Under the pieces are notes generated by a model. The model was given only the letters and a program-made list of their open reading frames with translations. It was not told the origin of the DNA and searched no databases. From positions 337 to 64,336 of the forward strand of contig CANKZX010000002.1 in the NCBI GenBank assembly GCA_947488275.1: a stretch of 64,000 nt of DNA. The letters run 5' to 3'. Position 1 is the stretch's first letter. Each line of letters begins with the position of its first letter. Positions 1-9,501 of the stretch are shown one piece after another. Made by a program: the position numbers and the translations under genes. This stretch comes from Alphaproteobacteria bacterium. Lineage in GTDB: Bacteria; Pseudomonadota; Alphaproteobacteria; Paracaedibacterales; CAIOTO01.

Positions 1-2
1 AA

Positions 3-470
3 ATTATTGATGACGCTACCGTATCGAGCACAACGCAGAGAGAAGAGGGTAATTTCAAATCAAAATTACTTGCAAAAAGTACGTCAATAACCGTGGCATC
101 TGAGTACAATTGGACAGAAGTATTCGTTTTATCAGATGGAAGAGAAGTTAAACGTGAACCAGGAAAAATAACAGTAACGTCATACTCCAACAAAGGTAAT
201 AAAAAATTTGATTGCCGATATATCGATATCTTTAAAATTGAAGGAAAAGCTGCACATACAATTACTATTCCTGTTCAATCCACAAGAGAAGAATTTATTC
301 GTCTCTTGGAGCAAACAAAACTTTATGGTCAAACGACTTCTGCACCTAAAAGAACTATAAATAGGAGAGCCTCAACAGGAAGCACTTCATCTGATTCAGG
401 CAGGGGAGTGTCAATCGAGACTAAAAAAAACGATACCAAAAAAGAAGATTGTACGTGCACAATTTGCTAG
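3..470 (+). CDS. hypothetical protein, 5'-truncated by the window edge; basic C-terminus ending in a CaaX-like CTIC
   Basis: The frame of ORF 93..470 stays open back to nt 3, so the GTG at 93 is probably not the true start. No family recognised. Ends ...ETKKNDTKKEDCTCTIC, stop at 468-470. Confidence 0.5.
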   Translation: MIDDATVSSTTQREEGNFKSKLLAKSTSITVASEYNWTEVFVLSDGREVKREPGKITVTSYSNKGNKKFDCRYIDIFKIEGKAAHTITIPVQSTREEFIRLLEQTKLYGQTTSAPKRTINRRASTGSTSSDSGRGVSIETKKNDTKKEDCTCTIC

Positions 471-556
471 TATATCGTTAATGAATGCAGGTATACTCAT
501 TTTCCGTTATGACAACTTTACGAAGCACATGTGATCCAGTGACTATTAACAACAAA

Positions 557-2500
557 ATGACAGCCGCTGGATCATCACATCTACTTCGTAAACTCATAAT
601 GACGGTAGGTTATGCACAATCAATGCTTTCCTCTGCCATCGCCGAACAACCGACTCCCCTTGCACCAATTATTGTTACGGCACAGCGCCCACCTGCTGAT
701 CTTTCAAAAAAAACAATTACGGCAAATGACATACGCGCGAATCATTATGAACATGTAACTGATGCCTTAACCGCTGTACCAGGCGTTTATGTAGCACAGC
801 AAGGCAGTCAAGGGCAACCCACTGCGGTCTTTATTCGTGGCGGCAATTCAGAACACACCAATGTGACAATCGATGGCATAAAGGCAAACGATCCAACAGA
901 TCCATCAGGTGCCTTTAATTTTGCTGGTCTTGGCACGGAAGGCGCCGCCTCCATCACCGTATCTAAAGGAACCTCAATTGCCGATAGCACTCTGAATGCC
1001 TTATCGGGGGATGCCCTATCAGGGAGTGTTGCTATTGACACCAAACGCGGAACAGGTACCCCCACCATCGACACATTGCTTGAAGGTGGATCGTTCAACA
1101 CATATTTGATAAATACAGGCATACAAGGGGCAACAGACGCAGCCGATTACCATATTCGATTTGCACATGAAGGTAGTCGTGGCACACGAACAACACCACT
1201 TTATCTGCGCACAACCCCTCGTCAATCAGGCAAAGACCCATCGGATCGTATGAGTTTTATCGCACGAACAGGTACTGCCTTTAATGATACCTGGCGCGTC
1301 AATGTGTGGAATCGGGTGCAAAAAGCCAACGCCTTTTATGCCGACGCTTATCGCGTTAATCCTGCCCGCCTTAGCACAACCGATACAGGGTTTCATCGTG
1401 CTGAAATTGAAGGCACACCAGGACACCATAAAACAACGCTTGGTTGTTCGCACGCACAAACAGATCGTACGGTGAAAAACGCACATGACCCCTTTGTTGA
1501 CGAAAGCACCTACACAGGTCGGATTCAGACCCTTTACACTAAAAATGACATTCATGTGAATAAGCACTACATCACCCACGTGCAGTTAACAACTGAACGT
1601 CAGGAATATCAGGCAGAAAATGCAATTCATCAAACAGTCAACGCCCATGCGATTCATCAAACAGCAGCTATCGGACACACCATCAAACCAACAGATGCGT
1701 GGTTAATTGAATTATGGGGAAAATCACATCATCATCGCGCCTTTAAACAGCGTTATAGTACAAAGGCTCTGACACGGTATGTGTTAAAACAAACAGGAAT
1801 GACGATGCTTGCAAGCTATAGCACAGGCATTCGCGCACCAAGTTTAGCACAATTAAATGACCCTCTATCAGGAAATGGGGCCCTTCGCCCTGAAGCATCA
1901 AAGGGATATGATATTGGGTTTGAACAGGATATCATCACAAAACGATTAACAACAGGCAGCACCTATTTTGTGCAGAATTTTCATGATTTGATTGAAAATC
2001 AACATATTACCTATGATCAATGGAAATATAGCAATGTAGGGCGGGCAAAAACCCATGGTGTTGAGTCATTTATATCAGCAACCCTTGCTAAACCGTTGAT
2101 GATTCGCCTTGAACACACATTTTTACATGCAAAAGACGCGATACAAAATAGGCAACTGATGCGGCGCCCGATGCATAAAATCGGGGCTCAAGTCATTATC
2201 ACCGTCACCGATGCGTTACGTTTAGGGGCGGGCTGGATTAAATATGGCAAATACGCTGATTTCAACCCTCAAACCCAAGGTCGTATTTATAAAAATGGTA
2301 GAGGCATCATGCGTTTATGGGCAACCTACAACCTGACAACAGATACAACGCCCGCAACAGATAACGTATCCAAATCATCACCTCATACAGAACTTTTTGC
2401 CCGCATTGAAAACGCAACCAACACATATTATGAATATCCTGTTGGTTTTACGGCACCAGGTATTGCAGTATACGTCGGTGCGCGCTTTCAATTTGGATAA
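557..2500 (+). CDS. TonB-dependent outer-membrane receptor (BtuB/siderophore-receptor-like)
   Basis: Plug-domain signature DALTAVPGVYVAQQGSQGQPTAVFIRGGNSEHTNVTIDGIKANDP. TonB-box-like PIIVTAQRP follows a signal-like segment. Long beta-barrel region. ATG 557 preferred over 485 because it precedes the signal-like segment MTAAGSSHLLRKLIMTVGYAQSMLSSAIA. Confidence 0.85.
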   Translation: MTAAGSSHLLRKLIMTVGYAQSMLSSAIAEQPTPLAPIIVTAQRPPADLSKKTITANDIRANHYEHVTDALTAVPGVYVAQQGSQGQPTAVFIRGGNSEHTNVTIDGIKANDPTDPSGAFNFAGLGTEGAASITVSKGTSIADSTLNALSGDALSGSVAIDTKRGTGTPTIDTLLEGGSFNTYLINTGIQGATDAADYHIRFAHEGSRGTRTTPLYLRTTPRQSGKDPSDRMSFIARTGTAFNDTWRVNVWNRVQKANAFYADAYRVNPARLSTTDTGFHRAEIEGTPGHHKTTLGCSHAQTDRTVKNAHDPFVDESTYTGRIQTLYTKNDIHVNKHYITHVQLTTERQEYQAENAIHQTVNAHAIHQTAAIGHTIKPTDAWLIELWGKSHHHRAFKQRYSTKALTRYVLKQTGMTMLASYSTGIRAPSLAQLNDPLSGNGALRPEASKGYDIGFEQDIITKRLTTGSTYFVQNFHDLIENQHITYDQWKYSNVGRAKTHGVESFISATLAKPLMIRLEHTFLHAKDAIQNRQLMRRPMHKIGAQVIITVTDALRLGAGWIKYGKYADFNPQTQGRIYKNGRGIMRLWATYNLTTDTTPATDNVSKSSPHTELFARIENATNTYYEYPVGFTAPGIAVYVGARFQFG

Positions 2501-2503
2501 GAA

Positions 2504-2543
2504 TCAAAAAAACCCTTGACCATAAAGCCAAGGGTTTAATTTA
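2504..2543. terminator. bidirectional Rho-independent terminator between convergent genes
   Basis: Hairpin AACCCTTG(2511-2518)/CAAGGGTT(2529-2536), with an A-run upstream and a T-rich stretch downstream. Lies between the receptor gene (+) and pal (-). Confidence 0.6.
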
Positions 2544-2574
2544 CGCCATTGCCTTTTAAAAAAGGCTAGAAAAA

Positions 2575-3033
2575 CTACTCTACAACAGTAATTGCAACAC
2601 GGTTTTGTGCGTGCGCTACGTCTGTTGTTCCTGGAACTTGTGGACGATCTTTACCATAAGAAATTGTCTTCAAACGATCAGCAGCAACACCATCTTTTAC
2701 AAGCTGTTGTTTCGCAGCAGCGGCACGCTTCGCACCAAGTGCACGGTTGAAATCAGCTGTACCACGAACGTCGCAGTGACCTTCGATTGTTGCTTTTGTT
2801 GCTGGGTATGTCTTCAACCATGTTGCTTGTTCAGCAGAGATTTTCTTTGCTGCAGGGCTGAGTGTTGATTGGTTGAAATCAAAGAAAACGCGATCACGGC
2901 GATTTGCTTTGAAGTCAGCTGGTGAGCCAGGTGTTGCATGAACAGTAACGTCCATGTTATCTGATCCTGAATCGCTACAAGCGCTTACTAATAAAGCTGC
3001 ACCTAACAATGCAATAATTTTATTTTTCATCAT
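2575..3033 (-). CDS. pal: peptidoglycan-associated lipoprotein Pal (OmpA-C family)
   Basis: Lipoprotein signal LLVSAC. OmpA-like block FDFNQSTLSP...IEGHCDVRGTADFNRALGAKRAAAAKQQLVKDGV...ISYGKDRP. Confidence 0.9.
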   Translation of the reverse strand: MMKNKIIALLGAALLVSACSDSGSDNMDVTVHATPGSPADFKANRRDRVFFDFNQSTLSPAAKKISAEQATWLKTYPATKATIEGHCDVRGTADFNRALGAKRAAAAKQQLVKDGVAADRLKTISYGKDRPQVPGTTDVAHAQNRVAITVVE

Positions 3034-3360
3034 AAATTCCTATCTGTTGTTCAGTAATGATACTATTGAAACATAATAAACTTAACAAATCGTTTAAAAT
3101 TCGGGAAGCCTCTTGTTTGTTTTTTAGATAAAGTTGTTTTAATGGTGTATATAAAATGCCACACATTAACGTGATGTGTCCTTCAATGTGAAGATTTTAG
3201 AACAGTATGGACATGTTACGTCATTTTTACTGGTTAAGTGAAGATATATTGTGGGGTGCCCCGTACATTTTTTATGGGTGTGTATTTCATCTGTCGATTT
3301 ACCATTGCACTGAACGATTTTCTTGCTAGCATGAATGTTTTCCATGACGTTTCTTTCACG

Positions 3361-3903
3361 TTAAAGGTGTTCGCGCCGTTCGATTTTCTTCTGCAGCAGC
3401 AATACGCCGTACAAAAGGGCTTCTGCGGTAGGTGGGCACCCTGGCACATAAATATCAACAGGAACGATCGTGTCACATCCACGCACAACCGAATACGAAT
3501 AATGATAATACCCACCGCCATTTGCGCAGCTTCCCATTGAAATGACCCACCTTGGTTCAGGCATTTGATCATAGACTTTTCGAAGGGCGGGCGCCATTTT
3601 ATTTGTTAATGTACCTGCCACAATCATAACGTCTGATTGCCTTGGGCTTGGGCGAAAAACAACACCAAAACGATCCATATCATAACGACTTGCTGCGGCT
3701 TGCATCATTTCAACAGCACAACATGCCAAGCCAAATGTCATTGGCCAAAGGGAGCCGCTTTGCGCCCAGGCAGCAAGCGTATCAAATTTTGTTAAGATAT
3801 ACCCTTTATTCGATAATTCCGTTGTTGTGGCATCAAACAGTGCCTTTTCGTCCTGCATGTGTTGCGGTACGTATGAACGCAATTCCTCTAACGTTAATGC
3901 CAT
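3361..3903 (-). CDS. nuoB: NADH-quinone oxidoreductase subunit B
   Basis: Near-invariant NuoB blocks: [78 protein letters not shown]. Confidence 0.95.
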   Translation of the reverse strand: MALTLEELRSYVPQHMQDEKALFDATTTELSNKGYILTKFDTLAAWAQSGSLWPMTFGLACCAVEMMQAAASRYDMDRFGVVFRPSPRQSDVMIVAGTLTNKMAPALRKVYDQMPEPRWVISMGSCANGGGYYHYSYSVVRGCDTIVPVDIYVPGCPPTAEALLYGVLLLQKKIERREHL

Positions 3904-4313
3904 TCAAGGGCTCCCTTTTTCCATTCATAAATAAACCCAATAGTAAGAACACTTAAAAAGATCATCATGGATGTAAAGCCAAACCAGCCAATTTTTTGCA
4001 AAGTGATTGCCCATGGAAATAAAAAGATAATTTCGATATCAAAGATAATGAAAAGAATTGCAACAACATAGAATTGCACATCAAAGCGCCCACGGGCATT
4101 GTTTTCGGGCAAATCAAATGCATCAAAACCACATTCATACGGTTTTTGTTTTTCTGCATAGGGTGTTTGTTTACCGCGAAGCCACGATACAATCATAAGG
4201 GCAATCGCAAGACCTGCGGCCAACCCTACAAACACAAGAATAGGAAGATAATTCTGTAAATCGCGCAGCATTTCACTAAATGAGTAATGATTATAGATAC
4301 TATTCATCATCAC
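3894..4313 (-). CDS. nuoA: NADH-quinone oxidoreductase subunit A
   Basis: Three TM segments, YECGF motif, [12 protein letters not shown] block. Overlaps the nuoB start by 10 nt. Confidence 0.9.
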   Translation of the reverse strand: MMMNSIYNHYSFSEMLRDLQNYLPILVFVGLAAGLAIALMIVSWLRGKQTPYAEKQKPYECGFDAFDLPENNARGRFDVQFYVVAILFIIFDIEIIFLFPWAITLQKIGWFGFTSMMIFLSVLTIGFIYEWKKGALEWH

Positions 4314-4569
4314 GGATTTTCAGAAAAAGGTCAATGGTCAAGCCGTCATTCTTTGGGCATTTCATCAATGAATCAAGATCTTTAAAATTGACATTTCTTA
4401 TTTTTTTCTTATTATGGTTGAAATTTTATTCTTTGGTGTATTTTTCCATTATCAGTATTTCCTTCTATAATTACGATTTAATATAGTAAAATATTATTTC
4501 TTGATTTTTGTACATAAAAAATAAAAATAAAATAAGGAAAAAACGCGCACAAACATCACCTATCGTGAT

Positions 4570-5112
4570 ATGGCGTTAACGGCAGGCGGACCTGCCCTGG
4601 CGGGGATGTTTATTTATTTTTATGGTGAAAATGGGGCGCGAAATGCTTGGCAGCAAGGCACAATTAATACCGTTATCACAACAAAAGAAGGGTATACGTG
4701 GCTAAGGATTAATCCAACCTATAAAGACTGGTTTGATGGCGCTTCTTTTCAGGTGCCATTAGCGTGCAAATTGACATCGGATTATAACATGCCAATTGCC
4801 CTTAGCCCCTATATTTTATACCGCTGTCAAGAACTGATGAAACGATTGTTTCCAACCGCGGTTGAATCTAAACTGAAACAACGGTTCAGCACCCCGGTTG
4901 AGGCTATTTTAGGCGCAGGGGTTATGGTGGCTGCTATCAGTATCGCGTTTCAGGCTGCCTTTGATTTTTATAAAGGGTCGATTAAAGAATATAAAAATTA
5001 CACCCAAATGATGACGCCTTTTTTGTTTGTTTTTATTTTTATGGATATGTGGTTGCGGTATGATGATTTAAAAACATGGGCTTTGTCTCGTAAAGAAGGG
5101 GAATCAACATGA
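4570..5112 (+). CDS. hypothetical membrane protein
   Basis: 180-aa ORF with hydrophobic segments. An in-frame stop lies shortly upstream of the ATG. No family recognised. Confidence 0.4.
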   Translation: MALTAGGPALAGMFIYFYGENGARNAWQQGTINTVITTKEGYTWLRINPTYKDWFDGASFQVPLACKLTSDYNMPIALSPYILYRCQELMKRLFPTAVESKLKQRFSTPVEAILGAGVMVAAISIAFQAAFDFYKGSIKEYKNYTQMMTPFLFVFIFMDMWLRYDDLKTWALSRKEGEST

Positions 5113-5405
5113 ATTCATGCTTATCCTCAGGAAATTACCATCGTTTGCGTTTTAAGGCAGACTGTTGCAATTATCCATCATTCTATGATTACATAATTTT
5201 TATTTCAATTTAAAGTAAAAAATAAATTACTTAAAGTATAATTATTTATAAACTTATTATTGGATATTCTATATGCCCCCAAATATATCCCCAGATGCCC
5301 TCGGCTGTCAATCAATGCAATTACCCTCAAATGAACAACAAAGTCGCTCAAATCCTATATTCCTGAAGATTTATGGATGATATTAAACGCCACGAAATGG
5401 AAATA

Positions 5406-5481
5406 TGGCGTCCCCTACGGGAGTCGAACCCGTGTCTACACCGTGAGAGGGTGGTATCCTAGGCCACTAGACGAAGGGGAC
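5406..5481 (-). tRNA. tRNA-Glu (anticodon CUC)
   Basis: The reverse complement folds as a cloverleaf: GTCCCCT/AGGGGAC acceptor, anticodon loop CTCTCAC, T-arm ACGGG-TTCGACT-CCCGT, encoded CCA. Closely resembles E. coli tRNA-Glu. Confidence 0.9.
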
Positions 5482-5702
5482 ATGCATCTAACTGTAACAG
5501 TTTGCATCTCCATAGATAACGAACATTTATAGACAAATCAATCTTTTTCTGTATAAGATCATATGAAATGGAGTCAATTAAGCGACCTCAAACGTATTTA
5601 CATGAGGATACCGCACAGGGATTAACCCATGATGGCACGCGTGTTCTTTGTTTTTATTTACGATAAAAACATACCTAATCTTTATAACTGAAAAGTTACT
5701 TT

Positions 5703-7136
5703 ATGAAAAAACACCTTGATACCTTTCTTTCCTTAAACCATAAAAAAGCAGATATGCTTTCTGTTACCCATATCACAGATGAAACGCATTATTATCAAGC
5801 GCGTGGCGGAAAAGACAAGGACGGCATCAAATGTAGGGCTGATCCTTGTTCAGCTAGTACCACCGAAGGTTTCTATCTTGAGATCATTTCTGATGGTGTT
5901 AACGTTTACGGATCAACGCCGTCTCTTAATCAATTGCCTGCTTTGTGTGATCGGCTTGTGGATCAAGCAAAGGCACTCAAACCTTATCAACTTATTGATT
6001 TTAAAGATCAGGCTAAGCTATCAACTGGTGGCGTTGTTTCCGCACAACCACAGTCATCATTATCACCGCGTGCTATTCAGGATACGCTATGTGATTATAG
6101 TAACGATTTAATGACCAATGGCATCTATACAAGCGAAGCCACCTGTTTTCAGATTTATCGTGAAAGCCTTCTTGTCAACACCTATGGCGCAACCGTCAGG
6201 CAAGAAATGCATGCGTCTGCATTGCATCTTTCCGCCACCGCCGAAAAGGATGGCGAAACACAAACGCGATCGAATGGTTTCAATTGTTTGCAAATACCGC
6301 TTGAAGATCAATTTAAGGATGCAAGCCAGGATTGCGCCCGTATTCGGGAACAAGCTCTTGAACTTATTCATGCAGATAATTGCCCTGATGGTATGATGGA
6401 TCTTGTCCTGGCACCTGACCAATTATATTTGCAGGTTCATGAATCAATCGGGCATCCGTTAGAACTTGACCGCATTCTTGGGGATGAACGTAATTATGCA
6501 GGTTTTAGTTTTGTTCAGCTCCAAGATATAGGAACCCTCAAATATGGCGCCCCTTTATTGAATGTAACGTTTGACCCACACATGTGGTCAGAGATCGCAA
6601 CGTATATGTTTGATGATACAGGGCTCAAGGCGCAGAAAATGCCTATTATTAAGAATGGTCAGTTGGTGCGTGCACTTGGGGGTCGTGATAGTCAGTATCG
6701 TTGCGATGTTCCAGGTGTGGCATGTGCACGTCAAACATCATGGAATCGCGCCCCTATTGATCGTATGGCAAATCTGAATATTGAACCTGGCGAGTCATCC
6801 TTTGATGATATGATAGCCTCTGTTGAACATGGGATTTATATGGAAACAAATCGGTCGTGGTCAATTGATGATTATCGGCGGAAATTTCAATTTGGCACCG
6901 AATATGGGCGCTTAATTCAAAATGGTAAGCTAGGTGCAGTTGTCAAAAATCCTAATTATCGGGGAATTACCCTCCCCTTTTGGCACGCGCTTAGTCATGT
7001 TGGCAATGCGGATACGCAAAAAATATCGGGTACGTTATGGTGTGGAAAAGGGGAACCTAATCAAATTGTACGTGTTGGGCATTCTGTACCTGTATGTGTT
7101 TTCAAGGGGATTGATGTTTTTGGAGGGGCTGCATAA
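5703..7136 (+). CDS. tldD: TldD-family metalloprotease
   Basis: HESIGHPLELDRILGDE metal-binding block and the C-terminal TldD/PmbA fold region. Paired with the downstream PmbA-like gene. Confidence 0.85.
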   Translation: MKKHLDTFLSLNHKKADMLSVTHITDETHYYQARGGKDKDGIKCRADPCSASTTEGFYLEIISDGVNVYGSTPSLNQLPALCDRLVDQAKALKPYQLIDFKDQAKLSTGGVVSAQPQSSLSPRAIQDTLCDYSNDLMTNGIYTSEATCFQIYRESLLVNTYGATVRQEMHASALHLSATAEKDGETQTRSNGFNCLQIPLEDQFKDASQDCARIREQALELIHADNCPDGMMDLVLAPDQLYLQVHESIGHPLELDRILGDERNYAGFSFVQLQDIGTLKYGAPLLNVTFDPHMWSEIATYMFDDTGLKAQKMPIIKNGQLVRALGGRDSQYRCDVPGVACARQTSWNRAPIDRMANLNIEPGESSFDDMIASVEHGIYMETNRSWSIDDYRRKFQFGTEYGRLIQNGKLGAVVKNPNYRGITLPFWHALSHVGNADTQKISGTLWCGKGEPNQIVRVGHSVPVCVFKGIDVFGGAA

Positions 7137-8476
7137 TGTTTCAATGTTTTGATCAAAGTTTTGAAAGTGTCGCTGCGCATTGCCAACTCGATGAAGCCTT
7201 TTCCCTATCTATTCATGCAGAAGAAAGCGATTATATTCGTTTTAATCATGCACGTGTACGACAAACTGGACATGTTAGCCAGGCGGAAGCGACATTATTT
7301 TTTCAAAAGGCATCGATGAAAAGCTTAACATTATCGGTATCATTAACGGATGACGTTTCGTTAAACACGAAACGGCTGTGTGATGCCCTTATTAAGGCAC
7401 GCCACTTAACTGAAACCGTACATGATGATCCATATCTTGTACCATTTACTTTATGTGAAAGTAGTGAGGCAAGATTTCAAGCCACTTTACCACCTGTTGA
7501 AGAAACGGTGGCTTTCATTGCGCAAACAGCACACGATCTTGATCTTGTTGGTTTGTTAACCCAAGGGCGGGTTTTTCGTTATGTCCGCCATACGAAAGGC
7601 ACACGGCATACCTTTGAAACACAATCACTGGTTTTTGATTATTCCCTTTATGGTGAACGCACAAGTGAAGGACACATACAATCCGTTAAGCAAGTTGTTT
7701 ATGTAACCTGTGACGCACATGCATTAATTGCCGAAAGCCTTACAAAGGCAAGGCGGCAGCTTTGCGATCTTTCAAAACCAACAGTCGTGTTGGCGCCAAG
7801 TCATTATCGTGTGTATTTGGAGCCTGCTGCCGTCTGCGATATTATGTCATTATTTTCTTGGAATGGAGTTGGGGCTTCCTCTTATAAAAAAGGGGCATCA
7901 GCCTTAACGCAATGGATTGATGGCAAAGTGAACTTATCGCCCTCCATTAGTTTTTCAGATGATTTTACACTTGGTTTAACGCCACGCTTTAATAGCAATG
8001 GCGAATGTGCGCCTGCATGCCTACCTATTGCCGATAAAGGACGTTTTTCACAGATGATTGTGAGTAGCCGAACGGCAAAAGAATATGGGCTAGAGTCAAC
8101 GTGCGCAACAAATGGTGAAGGATTGCGGTCAATACATATGACGCCAGGAGGGCTTAAGAAAAAAGATATTTTAAAGGCTCTTGATACAGGAATTTATATT
8201 TCAAACGTGCATTATTTAAATTGGAGCGACCCCAACAGCGCGCGCATTACAGGAATGACACGATTTGCCTGTTTTTGGGTGGAAAATGGCGTGATTATCG
8301 GACCTATTCAAGACATGCGCTTTGATGATTCAATCTATTCGTTGTTTGGGGATGCTGTTGAGGACGTTACTGATTTTGTAGAAAAATTACCTGAAACAGA
8401 TACATATAATGAACGATCAATTGGGGGCTCGTGTGTTTCTGGATTATTGTTAAAAAAGATGTCTTTTACGCTTTGA
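7136..8476 (+). CDS. pmbA: PmbA/TldE-family protein (partner of TldD)
   Basis: Start overlaps the tldD stop. C-terminal blocks GIYISNVHYLNWSD...ITGMTRFACFWVENG are typical of PmbA/TldE. Confidence 0.8.
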   Translation: MFQCFDQSFESVAAHCQLDEAFSLSIHAEESDYIRFNHARVRQTGHVSQAEATLFFQKASMKSLTLSVSLTDDVSLNTKRLCDALIKARHLTETVHDDPYLVPFTLCESSEARFQATLPPVEETVAFIAQTAHDLDLVGLLTQGRVFRYVRHTKGTRHTFETQSLVFDYSLYGERTSEGHIQSVKQVVYVTCDAHALIAESLTKARRQLCDLSKPTVVLAPSHYRVYLEPAAVCDIMSLFSWNGVGASSYKKGASALTQWIDGKVNLSPSISFSDDFTLGLTPRFNSNGECAPACLPIADKGRFSQMIVSSRTAKEYGLESTCATNGEGLRSIHMTPGGLKKKDILKALDTGIYISNVHYLNWSDPNSARITGMTRFACFWVENGVIIGPIQDMRFDDSIYSLFGDAVEDVTDFVEKLPETDTYNERSIGGSCVSGLLLKKMSFTL

Positions 8477-8530
8477 TTACGATGTGGGATGATGTATAAA
8501 TATATGAAATTTATATAAAATATTAGGTAC

Positions 8531-8992
8531 ATGATGATTGGTGTCGTGCTTGTTGCACATGGTGCAATCGCGCAAGCGTATTTTGATGTTGTTGAATCGA
8601 TTAGCGGATCACAAGAAGCTTTTAAGATTCTGGCAATCTCAGAAACTGATAATATGGAAGACAAGCGAAATGATTTAATGCGTATTGTTGACGAGGTCAA
8701 TCAAGGGGCCGGCGCTGTCGTTCTAACGGATTTATTTGGCGGCACACCATCTAATTTAGCGATTTCTGTGCTCGGTCTAAAACCCATAGAGGTCATTGCT
8801 GGTTTTAATTTGCCAATGATTTTAAAATTGTTAACAATTCGAAAAAAAGACGATTTATCAACGGTGGCTCAAAAAGCAGAAGAAGCAGGGCAAAAACATA
8901 TACGGATTGCCTCTGAATTCCTCATTTCCAATGGCGCAGCTATAATGCCTCAACGCAATGAAATGGCCAAAGCAATTGGACATGATCTCTAA
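8531..8992 (+). CDS. PTS EIIA component, mannose/fructose family (regulatory PTS)
   Basis: N-terminal MIGVVLVAHGAIAQ (phosphorylatable His in an EIIA-Man fold), DLFGGTPSN block. Directly followed by HPr. Confidence 0.8.
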   Translation: MMIGVVLVAHGAIAQAYFDVVESISGSQEAFKILAISETDNMEDKRNDLMRIVDEVNQGAGAVVLTDLFGGTPSNLAISVLGLKPIEVIAGFNLPMILKLLTIRKKDDLSTVAQKAEEAGQKHIRIASEFLISNGAAIMPQRNEMAKAIGHDL

Positions 8993-9263
8993 AAGTTTTA
9001 CGGTTCGAAATAAGGGCGGACTTCATGCGCGCCCCAGCGGTGCATTATCCCGTTATTTTATCGAACGTGCGCTAACAGCGCAGATAGAATATAATAATCA
9101 CATGGTTGATAGCGATTCAACACTTGATATTTTATCGCTGTGTGTTCCTGAAAATAAAGATGTTATGATCATTCTTGATCGTACGCATGCTACAGTGGCT
9201 GAATCTATTTTTGATGACCTTGCTGTTCTTTTTGCACATGCTTTCTATATGGATAAACCTTAA
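8982..9263 (+). CDS. ptsH: phosphocarrier protein HPr/NPr
   Basis: FTVRNKGGLHARPS active-site His motif. ATG 8982 places the His at about position 16, as in HPr. The alternative ATG at 8958 cannot be excluded. Confidence 0.85.
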   Translation: MISKSFTVRNKGGLHARPSGALSRYFIERALTAQIEYNNHMVDSDSTLDILSLCVPENKDVMIILDRTHATVAESIFDDLAVLFAHAFYMDKP

Positions 9264-9266
9264 TAA

Positions 9267-9458
9267 CCCCAGTTCGGGATTAAACATGAAGAAAACTCTA
9301 TGTATGTTACGTAATCGTCATCACGAGGAGCATTGCTCCGTGGTGATCCAGTGGCTGTTTACTCAGAAAGATTATTTTTCTGGATGGCCACACCAGCTTA
9401 CGCTGGTTCGCCATGACGGAAACTATAGTTTTTTGTTTGCCGAAATCCCGAATTGGGG
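9267..9458. repeat. double-hairpin intergenic repeat element, copy A (MITE/REP-like)
   Basis: Terminal inverted repeats CCCCAGTTCGGGATT (9267-9281) and AATCCCGAATTGGGG (9444-9458). Internal hairpin modules are shared with copies at 16773, 18954, 25970, 48575 and 57065. Confidence 0.75.
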
Positions 9459-9501
9459 TTAATAAATATTCATGAAATAAAAACTGAGCGTTCACAACAT
9501 G

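Noticed and set aside
808-1579. Several minus-strand ORFs (808..1122, 1019..1225, 1226..1579) inside the TonB-dependent receptor gene
   Set aside because: They are antisense to a gene with strong family signatures. No motifs, and Cys-rich nonsense composition.
3034-3360. Possible nuoC remnant or small genes (ORFs 3234..3572 and 3238..3540) between pal and nuoB
   Set aside because: The translations show no NuoC-like blocks and overlap nuoB in other frames. Treated as non-coding spacer, though a badly decayed pseudogene cannot be excluded without a search.
5270-5377. 35-aa ORF (MPPNISPDALGCQS...) in the AT-rich spacer upstream of tRNA-Glu
   Set aside because: Too short, no RBS or recognisable motif, and nothing to distinguish it from chance.
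9175-9495. ORFs 9175..9462 (+) and 9307..9495 (-) between HPr and the ABC exporter
   Set aside because: They lie inside repeat copy A. Similar pseudo-peptides appear wherever the repeat occurs, which indicates frames carried by the repeat, not genes.
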